Shown: positions 50,079-59,941, numbered from the stretch's first letter. The stretch: 64,000 nt of DNA from an uncultured Spirochaetaceae bacterium (GCA_944389085.1 CALXLB010000006.1:2953-66952), one strand, 5' to 3'. The notes: a model not told the origin generated them from the letters alone. Translations and numbers: made by a program.

Positions 50079-50741
50079 ATGAGAAATCTTCTTATTTCCA
50101 TTGTTCTTCTGCTGTTTGTTCTCTCTGGCTGTGAAACTGGTACCGATATAGATGCTGTCAATACAGATGGTTCTCCGATATGGACCACTGAGATTCCGGA
50201 GAGCAATAAGTATCTCTATGGAGTCGGAAGAGCAAAGCTTACCAATCCAGTCAATTCAGAGAATGCTGCCGAGTCTTCTGCCAGAGCAGATCTTGCCAGA
50301 AAAATACAGACAACTATACAGGAAGCTCAGACTTCATATACCGCAGATTCATCCGGTTCTGTTGCTGAGGCATATGAGAGAATCACGATGGAGACTGTGA
50401 ACATAACGATGAGGAATGTGAGGGTAGAGCAGAACTGGACAGCTCCAGATGGTACAGTCTGGTCTCTTGTTTCCTTCCGCCTCAGTAATCTCGATGATCT
50501 CTATTCCCTTGCCGCAAATGATTACCTGGCACAGGTGGAAGCAAGGAAGGCTGAGACGGAGAACAATCTCTCAGCGCTTCTTCTTGCCCTCTCCCAGATG
50601 GATGGCAAGGATACAAGCGCAGTTGCGGAAGAGGGGACAGCAATAGCTGAAGATATCATAGAGCAATGTACAGAGATTCTTGGAGCAATCGATAGTGATG
50701 TTCTTGCGGCAGCACTTGCAGAGCGGTTCGATACAGACTAG
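50079..50741 (+). CDS. LPP20-like lipoprotein
   Basis: Lipobox FVLSGC. YLYGVGRA....AAESSARADLARKIQ pattern. Paralogous by eye to the gene at 53004-53579. Confidence 0.5.
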   Translation: MRNLLISIVLLLFVLSGCETGTDIDAVNTDGSPIWTTEIPESNKYLYGVGRAKLTNPVNSENAAESSARADLARKIQTTIQEAQTSYTADSSGSVAEAYERITMETVNITMRNVRVEQNWTAPDGTVWSLVSFRLSNLDDLYSLAANDYLAQVEARKAETENNLSALLLALSQMDGKDTSAVAEEGTAIAEDIIEQCTEILGAIDSDVLAAALAERFDTD

Positions 50742-52936
50742 ATGGATAAACCAAGTCCTGCATATCCACCGAAAAGAAACACATTTTCAATATAGGTAAT
50801 GTTTGCTCCCAATTCAAATGTGACCAGCCCGAATGAATGGAAGTAACCGATATCTGCCGTGCCGGAAAAATGCAGTTCCGACTTGGATGTTTCCGTTTCT
50901 TCCGCAGAGAATCCCAGTCCAACGGCAAGCTTTATTGCATCCCTTTTGGCAATTGCGAAGTATTTTTCCAGACCGAATGTGATTGAAAGATCTCCGGTAA
51001 CTTCTTCTTTGCCAAAGAAATCAGAGGAAGGGAATGTCATCAGCATGCTGATGGAAGGATAGAGGCCAAGCAGATCATAGCCCAGAAGCACTTTTGCATT
51101 CAGTGCGATTTTTTGCTCTGTCAGAGCTGAATTTGTGAGATACCTGAAACCTGCGCTGACTATTGCCGAACTGCATGGCTTGAAATTCTGCCTCTCCTTT
51201 TTTGTTCTTTCCTTTGCTTCAGCTTCAGATATTTCTCTCTGTCTCTGCTCTCTTTCGTAGCTGTATGTCAGCTTCTCGGTCTTATTTGCTATCCTTCTTA
51301 CCAGAGCATTAGGATAGGATGCATTGTCTTCATTTATGAGAGAAGAACCCACAGGAATATCACTGAAGTCCACGGGGGTATTGTAATCAAGCACCTCGTT
51401 CTGGGAAGTAGAGGCATGATAGATTTTCTTTCCTGTATCTGTTCTTGTGATGATGTAATCTGAGAATTCCACATTATATGTGGAAGTATCTGCATATGTA
51501 TGGATTGTGTAATTGATTGTGATTGAATAGGAGAATGGATAGGTTGCCAGTATTGTCGACCAGTCCTGGATTTCCATACGGTAATCATAATAGGATTCAT
51601 TTTTTCCTATATCCCTTCCTGTCCAGGATGAGAAGGGAATGATGAATTCAAATGGTACAGTCTGGTTGCCGATAGTGATTTCTGCTTTTCCATGCCAGGT
51701 GAGATCTTGCAGATTGAAGTAATCGACAGATGTGCTGATAGCAGAGGATGGAGTGGAGATAGTGAACTTTGCATCATTGAGATCCTCGATGGCATTTGCG
51801 GCTCTTTGTGCTATCTCCTCGAATGGCTTGATGGCATCTGCATAAGCCTTTGTCGCAAGATTCTCGTATTCCAATCTTATTTTACCGATGGATTCTCTGA
51901 GTTCCGCCTCCCTCTCTTCTTTTGCATATGGGAGTGGGGTCCCGCCGCTGTCAAGCTCGAACTGGAAATAAGGCTGCGAATATATCCTTTCCTTCTCCCT
52001 TGCTGCCTCTTTCGCAAAGTTCGTCTCATATTCATCCATTTCCATCTGGATCTGATTCTTCGTGGTATTGTAGATGCCTCTCAGAGCCTCTATTTCCGTA
52101 ATCATCGAGGAAGCTGAATCATCATTGCTGTCCGGGAAATCCTGGATGTTCTGAGAGAAGGCTTCAATCATTGCTCTTTGGGCGGCGTTGAAGCTTTCTC
52201 GCTCCCTCATTGATTCCATCTCCTGCTGCTGTCTCAGGGCGTTCTGTTCTCTTCTGCTCTCTGCCAGATCGGAGATAGCTTTATTGAGTTCTCTCTGGCT
52301 TTCTGCTGTGATGATTCCCATCTCGCTCTGCAGCTGAAGCTCTCTGACTGTAGTAGCTCTCAGGTTGCTTTCCTTTTCAAGTGAGCTCTGGTAGAGAGCT
52401 TCGACATCTGTTGAGTTTGTGGGAACGGAGGGGATATCTGCGTTTGGATTGAGCATGCGCATGATGATGCTGTTCACTTCGTAGACGGAAAGCTGTGCAG
52501 AAAGACGTGTGTAGCTTTCACGGTCGATTGTTCCATCTCTTTCTATATCATTCCAGATTCCGTTGATGATGGATGCACTTTCCTGTACTTTGCTTTCATA
52601 CAAAGGCAGAGATGATTCAGGTATTGTCTTTGTCGCACTCCAGCTTCCGTCTTCCTCTTCTTTTGTCGTAAGTATTGCTCCAAGAAAATCCGTGTCATAT
52701 GTTGTCACGGCGTTGAGACTGAAGTATGAGATGGCTGTCTCTCCATCATCTGAGATTATCGTGTGCTGTTCAGATGCTGTGTTTGTTGCTATGCGCTGAG
52801 CAAGAAGCGAGTCAGCAGCAGCAATGGCTTCTGCTTCACTCCTGCCATGCCCTGTTTCCTTGATATCATCTGAGAAAACCGGAAATGAAAGCAGTGTCAG
52901 CAGCGTTATGATGGAAACAATTCTTGCACAGTGCAT
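50738..52936 (-). CDS. Large secreted protein: LPP20-like N-terminus, coiled coil, beta-rich C-terminus (possible outer-membrane anchor)
   Basis: Signal peptide. An E/Q/R-rich central segment. The C-terminal ~170 aa show alternating hydrophobic residues and end in GGYAGLGLSI. Confidence 0.45.
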   Translation of the reverse strand: MHCARIVSIITLLTLLSFPVFSDDIKETGHGRSEAEAIAAADSLLAQRIATNTASEQHTIISDDGETAISYFSLNAVTTYDTDFLGAILTTKEEEDGSWSATKTIPESSLPLYESKVQESASIINGIWNDIERDGTIDRESYTRLSAQLSVYEVNSIIMRMLNPNADIPSVPTNSTDVEALYQSSLEKESNLRATTVRELQLQSEMGIITAESQRELNKAISDLAESRREQNALRQQQEMESMRERESFNAAQRAMIEAFSQNIQDFPDSNDDSASSMITEIEALRGIYNTTKNQIQMEMDEYETNFAKEAAREKERIYSQPYFQFELDSGGTPLPYAKEEREAELRESIGKIRLEYENLATKAYADAIKPFEEIAQRAANAIEDLNDAKFTISTPSSAISTSVDYFNLQDLTWHGKAEITIGNQTVPFEFIIPFSSWTGRDIGKNESYYDYRMEIQDWSTILATYPFSYSITINYTIHTYADTSTYNVEFSDYIITRTDTGKKIYHASTSQNEVLDYNTPVDFSDIPVGSSLINEDNASYPNALVRRIANKTEKLTYSYEREQRQREISEAEAKERTKKERQNFKPCSSAIVSAGFRYLTNSALTEQKIALNAKVLLGYDLLGLYPSISMLMTFPSSDFFGKEEVTGDLSITFGLEKYFAIAKRDAIKLAVGLGFSAEETETSKSELHFSGTADIGYFHSFGLVTFELGANITYIENVFLFGGYAGLGLSI

Positions 52937-53003
52937 GATTTCCCCTGCAGTTTTAGAGAAAAAACAAGCATAACCGAAGCTATGCCTGCAATACTATTCT
53001 GTT

Positions 53004-53579
53004 TCAGTCTGTAATCGAAGGTGAACCGAAGTATCTCTGAAGAGCTTCATGCATCATGCTGTTGGCCTCTTCTGCAGCTTCATTCTTCTCGAATGCCTCT
53101 TCGTTGACTTCTTCAAGAGATGTGATTATTCCATCGGATGTGAGGCTTAAGAGCACATAGACTCCGCCCTCTGGATCCTGCCACATATCTTCCTGAGTGA
53201 TTCCGGACAGCATTGCCTGTGCCCTCTGCTTTGAGATTGTCTCGAAAGCATCCATTGCCTGACGGTTGGAAGACTCTGATACACCTGCATCATTGGAATA
53301 GGATGTGATGATGTTATCAATACCGATATTCACCCAGATGGCAAGCTGGTTTCTTCCATCTGCCTGTGCCTGCATCAGAGAGTTGCGGAATGTGGACATA
53401 TGGCCATATCCGACAACATAATGCTTATCCTCGGTCTGGAGCGAGGCCTGTGATGTGACCCATTCAGGCATCTCTGACAGTGTAATGCTGCTGTTTGTTT
53501 CAGTTTTTTCAGTAGAAGCACAGCTGGCAAGCATGAAAACAGCAAGCAATGATAGAGCAATGACGAGTGTTTTTCTCAT
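53004..53579 (-). CDS. LPP20-like lipoprotein
   Basis: Lipobox FMLASC. HYVVGYGH....AQADGRNQLAIWV pattern. Confidence 0.5.
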   Translation of the reverse strand: MRKTLVIALSLLAVFMLASCASTEKTETNSSITLSEMPEWVTSQASLQTEDKHYVVGYGHMSTFRNSLMQAQADGRNQLAIWVNIGIDNIITSYSNDAGVSESSNRQAMDAFETISKQRAQAMLSGITQEDMWQDPEGGVYVLLSLTSDGIITSLEEVNEEAFEKNEAAEEANSMMHEALQRYFGSPSITD

Positions 53580-53759
53580 TGTGGTCGCCTCCTAGGGGAG
53601 GGTGGATGAATCCCCCTGTAACTGTTGTCGGGAAAAGTATCCTTCAGGGGGAAGTTTATGTCAAGGAAACCGAATATCTCTAGCAAAGGAGCAGAGTACA
53701 TGCAATAATGGCAACAGGAATACACGAAATTGGTCAGATTTCTGTGTTAAGGAGAAAAT

Positions 53760-54347
53760 ATGAGAAGAAAGGCAATTGCAGTGCTTCTTGTGCTGGTGCT
53801 TGTATCAACAGCACTTTCAGCTGCACCATTTTTTCAGATAGGACCTCTTGCATCTTACAATAAGACCGTTGTTGAAATTGATGATGACAAAGAGTCGTGG
53901 GGAATCAATAACTTCTCATTCGGAGCTGATGTCCGTCTTACACCGTTCAAATATTTCAGCATTGATATTCCTGCAACACTCGGCTTTGGTTCCCAGGGTA
54001 GTTTCAGTATCGCAGCAATTCCGACACTGAACATCAACATTCCTCTCGGAAATATTGTTGACATCGCAGTCGGTGCTGGTACTCAGTTCGATTTCCAGTA
54101 TGCAGGCGGAGAGAGCAAGGATTGGACGATGAATGGCCTTCCGCTTGAGAATGCAGCGGATGCATTCCAGCATTCAAAGCTTGTTTACAGACTCGGTGTG
54201 ACATTCAATCTTGCGTTCCTCAGCATTGGTGCCAATGCAGTCCTTCCTGGTTCTGCAGGTTTTGGTGATGGGGACATCGGTGGGATCTTCACTCCGATGT
54301 GGGAGTCAACAAGATTCTCTCTTGTCGCACTCTTCAACATCGGCTGA
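53760..54347 (+). CDS. Small predicted outer-membrane beta-barrel protein
   Basis: Signal peptide (ALSAAP) and alternating-hydrophobic beta-strand periodicity over 195 aa. Confidence 0.4.
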   Translation: MRRKAIAVLLVLVLVSTALSAAPFFQIGPLASYNKTVVEIDDDKESWGINNFSFGADVRLTPFKYFSIDIPATLGFGSQGSFSIAAIPTLNINIPLGNIVDIAVGAGTQFDFQYAGGESKDWTMNGLPLENAADAFQHSKLVYRLGVTFNLAFLSIGANAVLPGSAGFGDGDIGGIFTPMWESTRFSLVALFNIG

Positions 54348-54405
54348 TTTCCAGCCAGTCGTTCTTGTGGCCGCTCTTCGGGGCGGCTTAATTATTGTTC
54401 GTGTA

Positions 54406-55023
54406 TCAGAAAGCGCCGATGGAAGCAATGAAAGCAACAAAGAGTTTTAGGCCATATGCTGTGATGATAATTCCGCATATGATATTCACAAAGTACAATA
54501 CTTTTTCTGAAAGATGTCTGCGAAAGGCTGAGATAATCATTGTCAGTGCTGTGAACCATAGAAAGGAAGCGCTCATCGTTCCCGTGATAAATGGAATGAC
54601 TCCTTCGTCAGGAAGGGAAGCATGGAATGCTCCTAGCATCATTGTGCCATCGATGATTGCCTGAGGATTGCACCATGTCACTACACAGGCGGAGTAGATT
54701 GTTGCTTTTATCGAATTCTCTGTTTTCTTTTCATCTGGCTTTGCGGGCTTTGTTGCAACAAGTTTTACCCCGATGATCATTACAATGATGCTTCCTCCTA
54801 GAAGAATAGCTTCTTTCAGCCAGAAACTGTTTTGCATTATGATGCCGATTCCAAAGAAGCAGGCGAGGGCTAGTGTGATATCGAAGAATGTCACGATGAC
54901 GGCTGTAATCAGCGATTTCGGGAATCCTGAAGATAAAGCTGAGTTGATTACGAATATATTCTGAAGTCCTATCGGCGCAACATATGCGAGCCCCATTGTA
55001 AGACCCTGCAGGAAGAATGGCAT
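54406..55023 (-). CDS. LysE/ArgO-family amino-acid exporter
   Basis: N-terminus FLQGLTMGLAYVAPIGLQNIFV, typical of the family. 205 aa, 6 TM. Confidence 0.85.
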   Translation of the reverse strand: MPFFLQGLTMGLAYVAPIGLQNIFVINSALSSGFPKSLITAVIVTFFDITLALACFFGIGIIMQNSFWLKEAILLGGSIIVMIIGVKLVATKPAKPDEKKTENSIKATIYSACVVTWCNPQAIIDGTMMLGAFHASLPDEGVIPFITGTMSASFLWFTALTMIISAFRRHLSEKVLYFVNIICGIIITAYGLKLFVAFIASIGAF

Positions 55024-55079
55024 GGGGATAATATAGCATCTGCATGATATTTTCGGAAATCATATTATCTGCAACCTTG

Positions 55080-55127
55080 TTGACAAGTGGAATGTGCTAT
55101 GTTATCTTATAGTTAGCCATAGCTAAC
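55080..55127 (+). promoter_or_regulatory. Candidate promoter with an inverted repeat at the predicted start site
   Basis: TTGACA at 55080-55085, a 17-nt spacer, TATCTT at 55103-55108, then GTTAGC-CATA-GCTAAC at 55112-55127. Confidence 0.3.
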
Positions 55128-55339
55128 CAAGTCATTCAAAAGGATATTGAGCGGTTGGGTTAAGCCCGTTCACTTCTCTTTCCGGTATTTAAGAGGTGAA
55201 ATCCTCCTGGGGCCGCTCTTTCTCCTTCTTTTCCACCTTAATTTTTCACAGTTAGCACATTCTCTCTTGTTGTATTCCTACCGGACTTACGATATTCTAT
55301 GTAATTGGCTGATGCCCTCTTAATTTTTTCGGTTATGGC

Positions 55340-55354
55340 TGTGGCATTGCCACA
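55340..55354. promoter_or_regulatory. 15-bp palindrome TGTGGCATTGCCACA just upstream of the nifJ RBS
   Basis: Perfect 7-bp arms around a single central base. It lies 12 nt before the AGGAG of nifJ. Confidence 0.35.
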
Positions 55355-55376
55355 TGAAATATTTTAGGAGTGTGAA

Positions 55377-58300
55377 ATGGCAGACAAGAAAATGGTTACC
55401 ATTGATGGAAACACCGCTGCGGCGCATATAGCTTACGCCTTCAGTGATGTAGCCGCTATTTACCCGATTACTCCGTCCTCTCCAATGGGCGAGTATGCAG
55501 AGCAGTGGTCTTCTACGGGCCGCGAGAATCTCTGGGGCAAGAAAGTAGACATCATGGAGATGCAGTCTGAGGCTGGTGCCGCTGGTGCAGTGCATGGTGC
55601 TCTTGCCGCAGGTGCTCTGACAACCACATTCACGGCATCACAGGGTCTTCTCCTGATGATTCCTAACATGTACAAGATTGCTGGTGAGATGATCCCGACA
55701 GTCTTCCATGTATCAGCTAGATCGCTGGCTGCTCAGTCCCTTTCAATTTTCGGCGATCACTCCGATGTCATGGCTTGCCGCAATACTGGCTTTGCAATGA
55801 CTTGTGCTTCTTCCATCCAGGAAACAATGGATATGGCACTTGTTGCTCATCTTGCAACACTTGAGTCACAGGTTCCTTTCCTTGCATTCTTCGATGGATT
55901 CAGAACTTCCCATGAAATCCAGAAGGTTGAGGAAATCTCTTATGATGATATCCGCAGCCTCGTAGATGAGAAGTACATCGAGCGTTTCCGCTCACGTGCA
56001 CAGCGCCCTGAGCACCCGATGACAAAGGTTGCTGCACAGAACGAAGATGTCTACTTCCAGGGAAGAGAGACTGTTAACCCATATTATGATGCTGTTCCTG
56101 CAATCGTTCAGAAGTATATGGACAAGGTTGCTGCTGTTACAGGCAGACAGTATCACCTCTTTGATTATGTTGGTGCACCAGATGCAACAGATGTCATCAT
56201 CATTATGGGCTCTGCAGCTGACACATTCGAGTGGGTTGTTGACTATATCAACAAGAAGGGTGGTAAGGTTGGTCTTGTCAAGGTCAGACTTTACAGACCA
56301 TTCTCTGCAAAGGATCTTGTTGCTTGCATTCCTGCAACTGTCAAGAGAATTGCTGTTATGGACAGAACAAAGGAGCCAGGCGCTCTTGGAGAGCCTCTCT
56401 ATGAAGATGTTGTTACAGCACTTGCTCAGACTGGCAGAACAGGTATGAAGGTTATCGGAGGCCGCTATGGTCTTTCCTCTAAGGACTTCACACCTACACA
56501 TGCAAAGGCAGTCTTTGACTTCCTCACACGCGACGATGCATGGCATGACTTCACAGTTGGTATCAACGATGATGTCACAGGCCGCTCTATTCCTGTTGGC
56601 GATAAGATCGACGTTACACCAGAAGGCGTTGTCTCCTGTATGTTCTGGGGACTTGGCTCTGATGGTACAGTCGGTGCTAACAAGAACTCTATCAAAATCA
56701 TCGGTGACAACACTGATATGAACGCACAGGCTTACTTTGCATATGACTCAAAGAAGTCTGGTGGTATCACGATTTCTCACCTGAGATTCGGAAAGGGTAA
56801 GCTTGATATGCCATGGCTGATTGACCATGCAGACTTCGTAGCTTGCCACAACCCGGCTTATATTGGTCGTTATGATATGCTTTCAGCTCTTAAGGAAGGT
56901 GGTGTATTCCTTCTTAACAGCCAGATTCCTTCAGATGAGGTCTTCGAGCATCTTACAAAGGATATGCAGGAGCAGATCATCAACAAGCATATTCACTTCT
57001 ACAACATCGATGCTCTCGACATTGCAAGAAGCGTAGGCCTTGGTTCAAGAATCAACACTGTTATGCAGGCTGCATTCTTCAAGATTGCTAATGTCCTTCC
57101 TGAGACAGAGGCTATCGACCTGATCAAGAAGTACATCAAGAAGACATTCCTCAAGAAAGGTGAAGAAGTTGTCAACAAGAACTGGGCCGCTGTAGATGGT
57201 GCTAGTGCAGCACTTGTTGAAGTCAAGGTTCCTGCAACTATCACAAAGAGCTATGAGCCTAAGAAGCTTGTTCCAGATGATGCTGATGATTTCACAAAGA
57301 ATGTCATCGAGCGCATCATGCACCTCGAAGGCAATGATATTCCTGTTTCTCAGATGTCTTTCGATGGTAAGCTTCCGACCGGTACAGCTAAGCTTGAGAA
57401 GAGAGGCGTTGCAGCTTATGTACCACATTGGGACAGCACAAAGTGTATCCAGTGCAACCAGTGTGTACAGTCCTGTCCACATGCAGCTATCCGCGCAAAG
57501 CAGATTACTCCAGAGGATATGGAGAAGGCACCAGCAACATTCCACGCTATCAAGTCCAATACAAAGAATGACAGAAATCTTCTCTTCAAGATTCAGGTCT
57601 ACACAGAAGATTGCCAGGGATGTGGCGTTTGTGTAGAAGCATGTCCTGCAAAGGAGAAGGCTCTTGAGCTTAAGCCGATTGCTGAAGAGAGAGCAAATGG
57701 TGAAGTCGAGAACTGCACATTCTTCGAAGGTCTTACATATGACAACCTTGACGGCCTTAACATGAACACAGTCAAGGGTCTGCAGTTCAAGCAGCCACTC
57801 TTTGAGTTCTCCGGTGCATGTGCAGGTTGTGGTGAGACACCTTATGTGAAGATGCTTTCACAGATCTGTGGAGAGAGAGCAGTCATTGCTAATGCAACAG
57901 GTTGTTCTTCAATCTACTCTGGTACATTCCCGACAATCCCATATACAAAGAGAGCTGACGGACGTGGACCAGCTTGGGGTAACTCACTCTTCGAGGATAA
58001 TGCTGAGTATGGTCTCGGTATGCGCCTTGCTGTCGATTCCAACAGAACTCTTCTCAGAATGAAGTGCGATGCTCTCATGGCTAAGGGATGCTCAGATGCT
58101 CTCAAGGCTGCTATCGAGAAGTGCTACTCACTCTGGGATGACATCACAGAAGCTTCCATCACAGCACAGAAGGAAGTCCAGGCTGCTCTTGCTGCAGAGA
58201 AAGCCGCAGATGCAGAGTCACAGGCTCTTCTCGACAAGATCATCGAGCTTCAGGATTACTTCTCAGAGAAAGAAGTTATCATCATCGGTGGTGATGGCTG

Positions 58301-58919
58301 GGCTTATGATATCGGATTCGGTGGTGTTGACCATGTTGTAGCTTCCGGCAAGAACGTTACAATCCTTGTTCTGGATACTGAGGTTTACTCCAACACTGGT
58401 GGACAGGCTTCCAAGTCTACACCTATGGCTGCTGTTGCCAAGTTCGCTAATGCTGGTAAGAAAGTCGGTAAGAAGAACATGGGCTTCATGATGATGAGCT
58501 ATGGCCATGCATATGTAGCTTCCATCGCTCTTGGATACAACAGACTCCAGGCTCAGAAGGCTCTTCAGGAAGCTGTTGCTTACGATGGTCCTTCAATCGT
58601 CTTCTGCTATGCACCATGTATCAACCATGGTATCAACATGAGATATTCTCAGGTTGAGGCAAAGAAGGCTGTTGAGGCAGGTTACTGGCCGCTCTACCGC
58701 TTCGATCCACGCCTTGAGGCTGGAAAGAGATTCGTCTGGGAGACAAAGCCAGCTACAGCAGACTATCAGGAGTTCATCAAGGGTGAGACAAGATATGCTT
58801 CACTCTATAAGACGAACCCAGAGCACGCTGATGAGCTCTTCGCAGCAGCTGCTGAGGATGCAAAGGAAAGACTTGCATTCTATCAGAGATGTGGCGAGGT
58901 TCTCGGCGAGACAATCTGA
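55377..58919 (+). CDS. nifJ: Pyruvate:ferredoxin (flavodoxin) oxidoreductase, single-chain
   Basis: 1180 aa. Two ferredoxin-type clusters (CIQCNQCVQSCP, CQGCGVCVEACP) and the TPP-domain motif GGDGWAYDIG. Confidence 0.97.
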   Translation: MADKKMVTIDGNTAAAHIAYAFSDVAAIYPITPSSPMGEYAEQWSSTGRENLWGKKVDIMEMQSEAGAAGAVHGALAAGALTTTFTASQGLLLMIPNMYKIAGEMIPTVFHVSARSLAAQSLSIFGDHSDVMACRNTGFAMTCASSIQETMDMALVAHLATLESQVPFLAFFDGFRTSHEIQKVEEISYDDIRSLVDEKYIERFRSRAQRPEHPMTKVAAQNEDVYFQGRETVNPYYDAVPAIVQKYMDKVAAVTGRQYHLFDYVGAPDATDVIIIMGSAADTFEWVVDYINKKGGKVGLVKVRLYRPFSAKDLVACIPATVKRIAVMDRTKEPGALGEPLYEDVVTALAQTGRTGMKVIGGRYGLSSKDFTPTHAKAVFDFLTRDDAWHDFTVGINDDVTGRSIPVGDKIDVTPEGVVSCMFWGLGSDGTVGANKNSIKIIGDNTDMNAQAYFAYDSKKSGGITISHLRFGKGKLDMPWLIDHADFVACHNPAYIGRYDMLSALKEGGVFLLNSQIPSDEVFEHLTKDMQEQIINKHIHFYNIDALDIARSVGLGSRINTVMQAAFFKIANVLPETEAIDLIKKYIKKTFLKKGEEVVNKNWAAVDGASAALVEVKVPATITKSYEPKKLVPDDADDFTKNVIERIMHLEGNDIPVSQMSFDGKLPTGTAKLEKRGVAAYVPHWDSTKCIQCNQCVQSCPHAAIRAKQITPEDMEKAPATFHAIKSNTKNDRNLLFKIQVYTEDCQGCGVCVEACPAKEKALELKPIAEERANGEVENCTFFEGLTYDNLDGLNMNTVKGLQFKQPLFEFSGACAGCGETPYVKMLSQICGERAVIANATGCSSIYSGTFPTIPYTKRADGRGPAWGNSLFEDNAEYGLGMRLAVDSNRTLLRMKCDALMAKGCSDALKAAIEKCYSLWDDITEASITAQKEVQAALAAEKAADAESQALLDKIIELQDYFSEKEVIIIGGDGWAYDIGFGGVDHVVASGKNVTILVLDTEVYSNTGGQASKSTPMAAVAKFANAGKKVGKKNMGFMMMSYGHAYVASIALGYNRLQAQKALQEAVAYDGPSIVFCYAPCINHGINMRYSQVEAKKAVEAGYWPLYRFDPRLEAGKRFVWETKPATADYQEFIKGETRYASLYKTNPEHADELFAAAAEDAKERLAFYQRCGEVLGETI

Positions 58920-58940
58920 GTCAATCAGAGATAAACAACG

Positions 58941-58975
58941 GAAGGCAGTCTTCGGGCTGCCTTCTTTCATCTTTT
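58941..58975 (+). terminator. Rho-independent terminator after nifJ
   Basis: Stem GAAGGCAG / CTGCCTTC with an 8-nt loop, followed by TTTCATCTTTT. Confidence 0.7.
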
Positions 58976-58996
58976 CTATTGTCCGCTTCTGGCCAT

Positions 58997-59941
58997 ATGG
59001 CGGATAATATACGTATGCGTACGCGTGCTTCTTTGATTATTGTTCTGCTTACGGTGCTCTTCCTTTTCGGAAGCTGCGATTTCTTTTTCGATCATTTTGA
59101 AGACTGGGAAGATCCTGATACTCCATCTGAGCCGGTGGAACCCGGTGAGGATGGTGATAATGATGATAATGTGCTTTTAGGACTTCCTTCCCAGCCATCT
59201 TTGGCCGATGGAACAAAACTTATAGAACATAGTGCATATACAGTTCTGTATTCGTATAATCTGTTAATGCCAATATGGGTATCCTGGCATCTGGATGCTT
59301 CGGATTCTGGAGATTTTCCGCGTCCTTCAAGATTTTCTCCGGATCCAGACCTCCCTGAGGAGTACCAGGTATCACATGATGATTATACAAACTCTGGATT
59401 TGCGCGTGGTCATATGTGTCCTGATGCAGATAGAAATGGGAATGAAGAGATTCAGAAAGAAACTTATTACACAACTAATATAATTCCTCAGAACAGCAGT
59501 ATGAACAGTGGAGACTGGAGTCAGCTGGAAAAAGCTCTCAGGGAATATGCCGCTAATGGGTATGAACTTTACATTGTTGCAGGTGCAGTTCAGGGAAGTA
59601 CAGGTGGCACAGACAAAGATGGCAAAGTTCTGAAGGAATGGAAAAGCGAAAAAGGGGATGTGACCATTACTGTTCCGTCTCAGATATGGAAAGCTTTTGT
59701 TATTATCACGCAGGATGACAGCAAGGATGATCTTGAAAGAATAAAAAATGGAGAAACTCCTGTATATGCATCTGGCATAATTATGGATAATGCTCCTTTT
59801 GATGGATCATGGACTGATGCAGTTGTCAGCATTGATGAGATTGAAGAGCTTACAGGCCTTGATCTGTTTTCTGCCCTTCCTGACACAATTGAGACAGAAC
59901 TTGAAAGTGGAACAGCCGCAGAGTTGCCTGAAGTCGCATAA
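58997..59941 (+). CDS. Secreted DNA/RNA non-specific endonuclease (Serratia NucA/EndoG family)
   Basis: ARGHMCP (DRGH-type) and NIIPQN...N.GDW..LE motifs. Lipoprotein-like signal LFLFGSC. The start (58997 or 59015) is uncertain and has no clear SD. Confidence 0.85.
   Translation: MADNIRMRTRASLIIVLLTVLFLFGSCDFFFDHFEDWEDPDTPSEPVEPGEDGDNDDNVLLGLPSQPSLADGTKLIEHSAYTVLYSYNLLMPIWVSWHLDASDSGDFPRPSRFSPDPDLPEEYQVSHDDYTNSGFARGHMCPDADRNGNEEIQKETYYTTNIIPQNSSMNSGDWSQLEKALREYAANGYELYIVAGAVQGSTGGTDKDGKVLKEWKSEKGDVTITVPSQIWKAFVIITQDDSKDDLERIKNGETPVYASGIIMDNAPFDGSWTDAVVSIDEIEELTGLDLFSALPDTIETELESGTAAELPEVA

Noticed and set aside
55340-55354. The palindrome considered as a sigma54 promoter, CRP/FNR box or NifA UAS.
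   Set aside because: The spacing does not fit any of them. There is no GG-N10-GC arrangement. CRP needs TGTGA-N6-TCACA. The NifA UAS is TGT-N10-ACA, whereas this is TGT-N9-ACA. Kept only as an unassigned operator or hairpin.
7083-57545. Long antisense ORFs in the track: 7083-7787, 10468-11184, 20138-20677, 20892-21698, 30911-31516, 32120-32689, 37497-38366, 44323-44916, 46692-47213, 47865-48371, 55992-56546 and 57045-57545.
   Set aside because: Each lies fully inside a confidently identified gene on the opposite strand. Their products are Cys/Ser/Arg/His-rich, low-complexity and motif-free, which is typical of shadow ORFs.
3668-59941. Upstream-extended starts given by the track: pth 4336, DAHPS 6855, antitoxin 11949, LacI 13746, GH32 13830, permease 16676, aa-permease 28714, phosphatase 31679, gdhA 48609 and nuclease 58889.
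   Set aside because: The extensions use TTG or distant starts, overlap neighbouring genes, or add sequence unlike the family. Internal starts with an RBS or canonical family N-termini were preferred.
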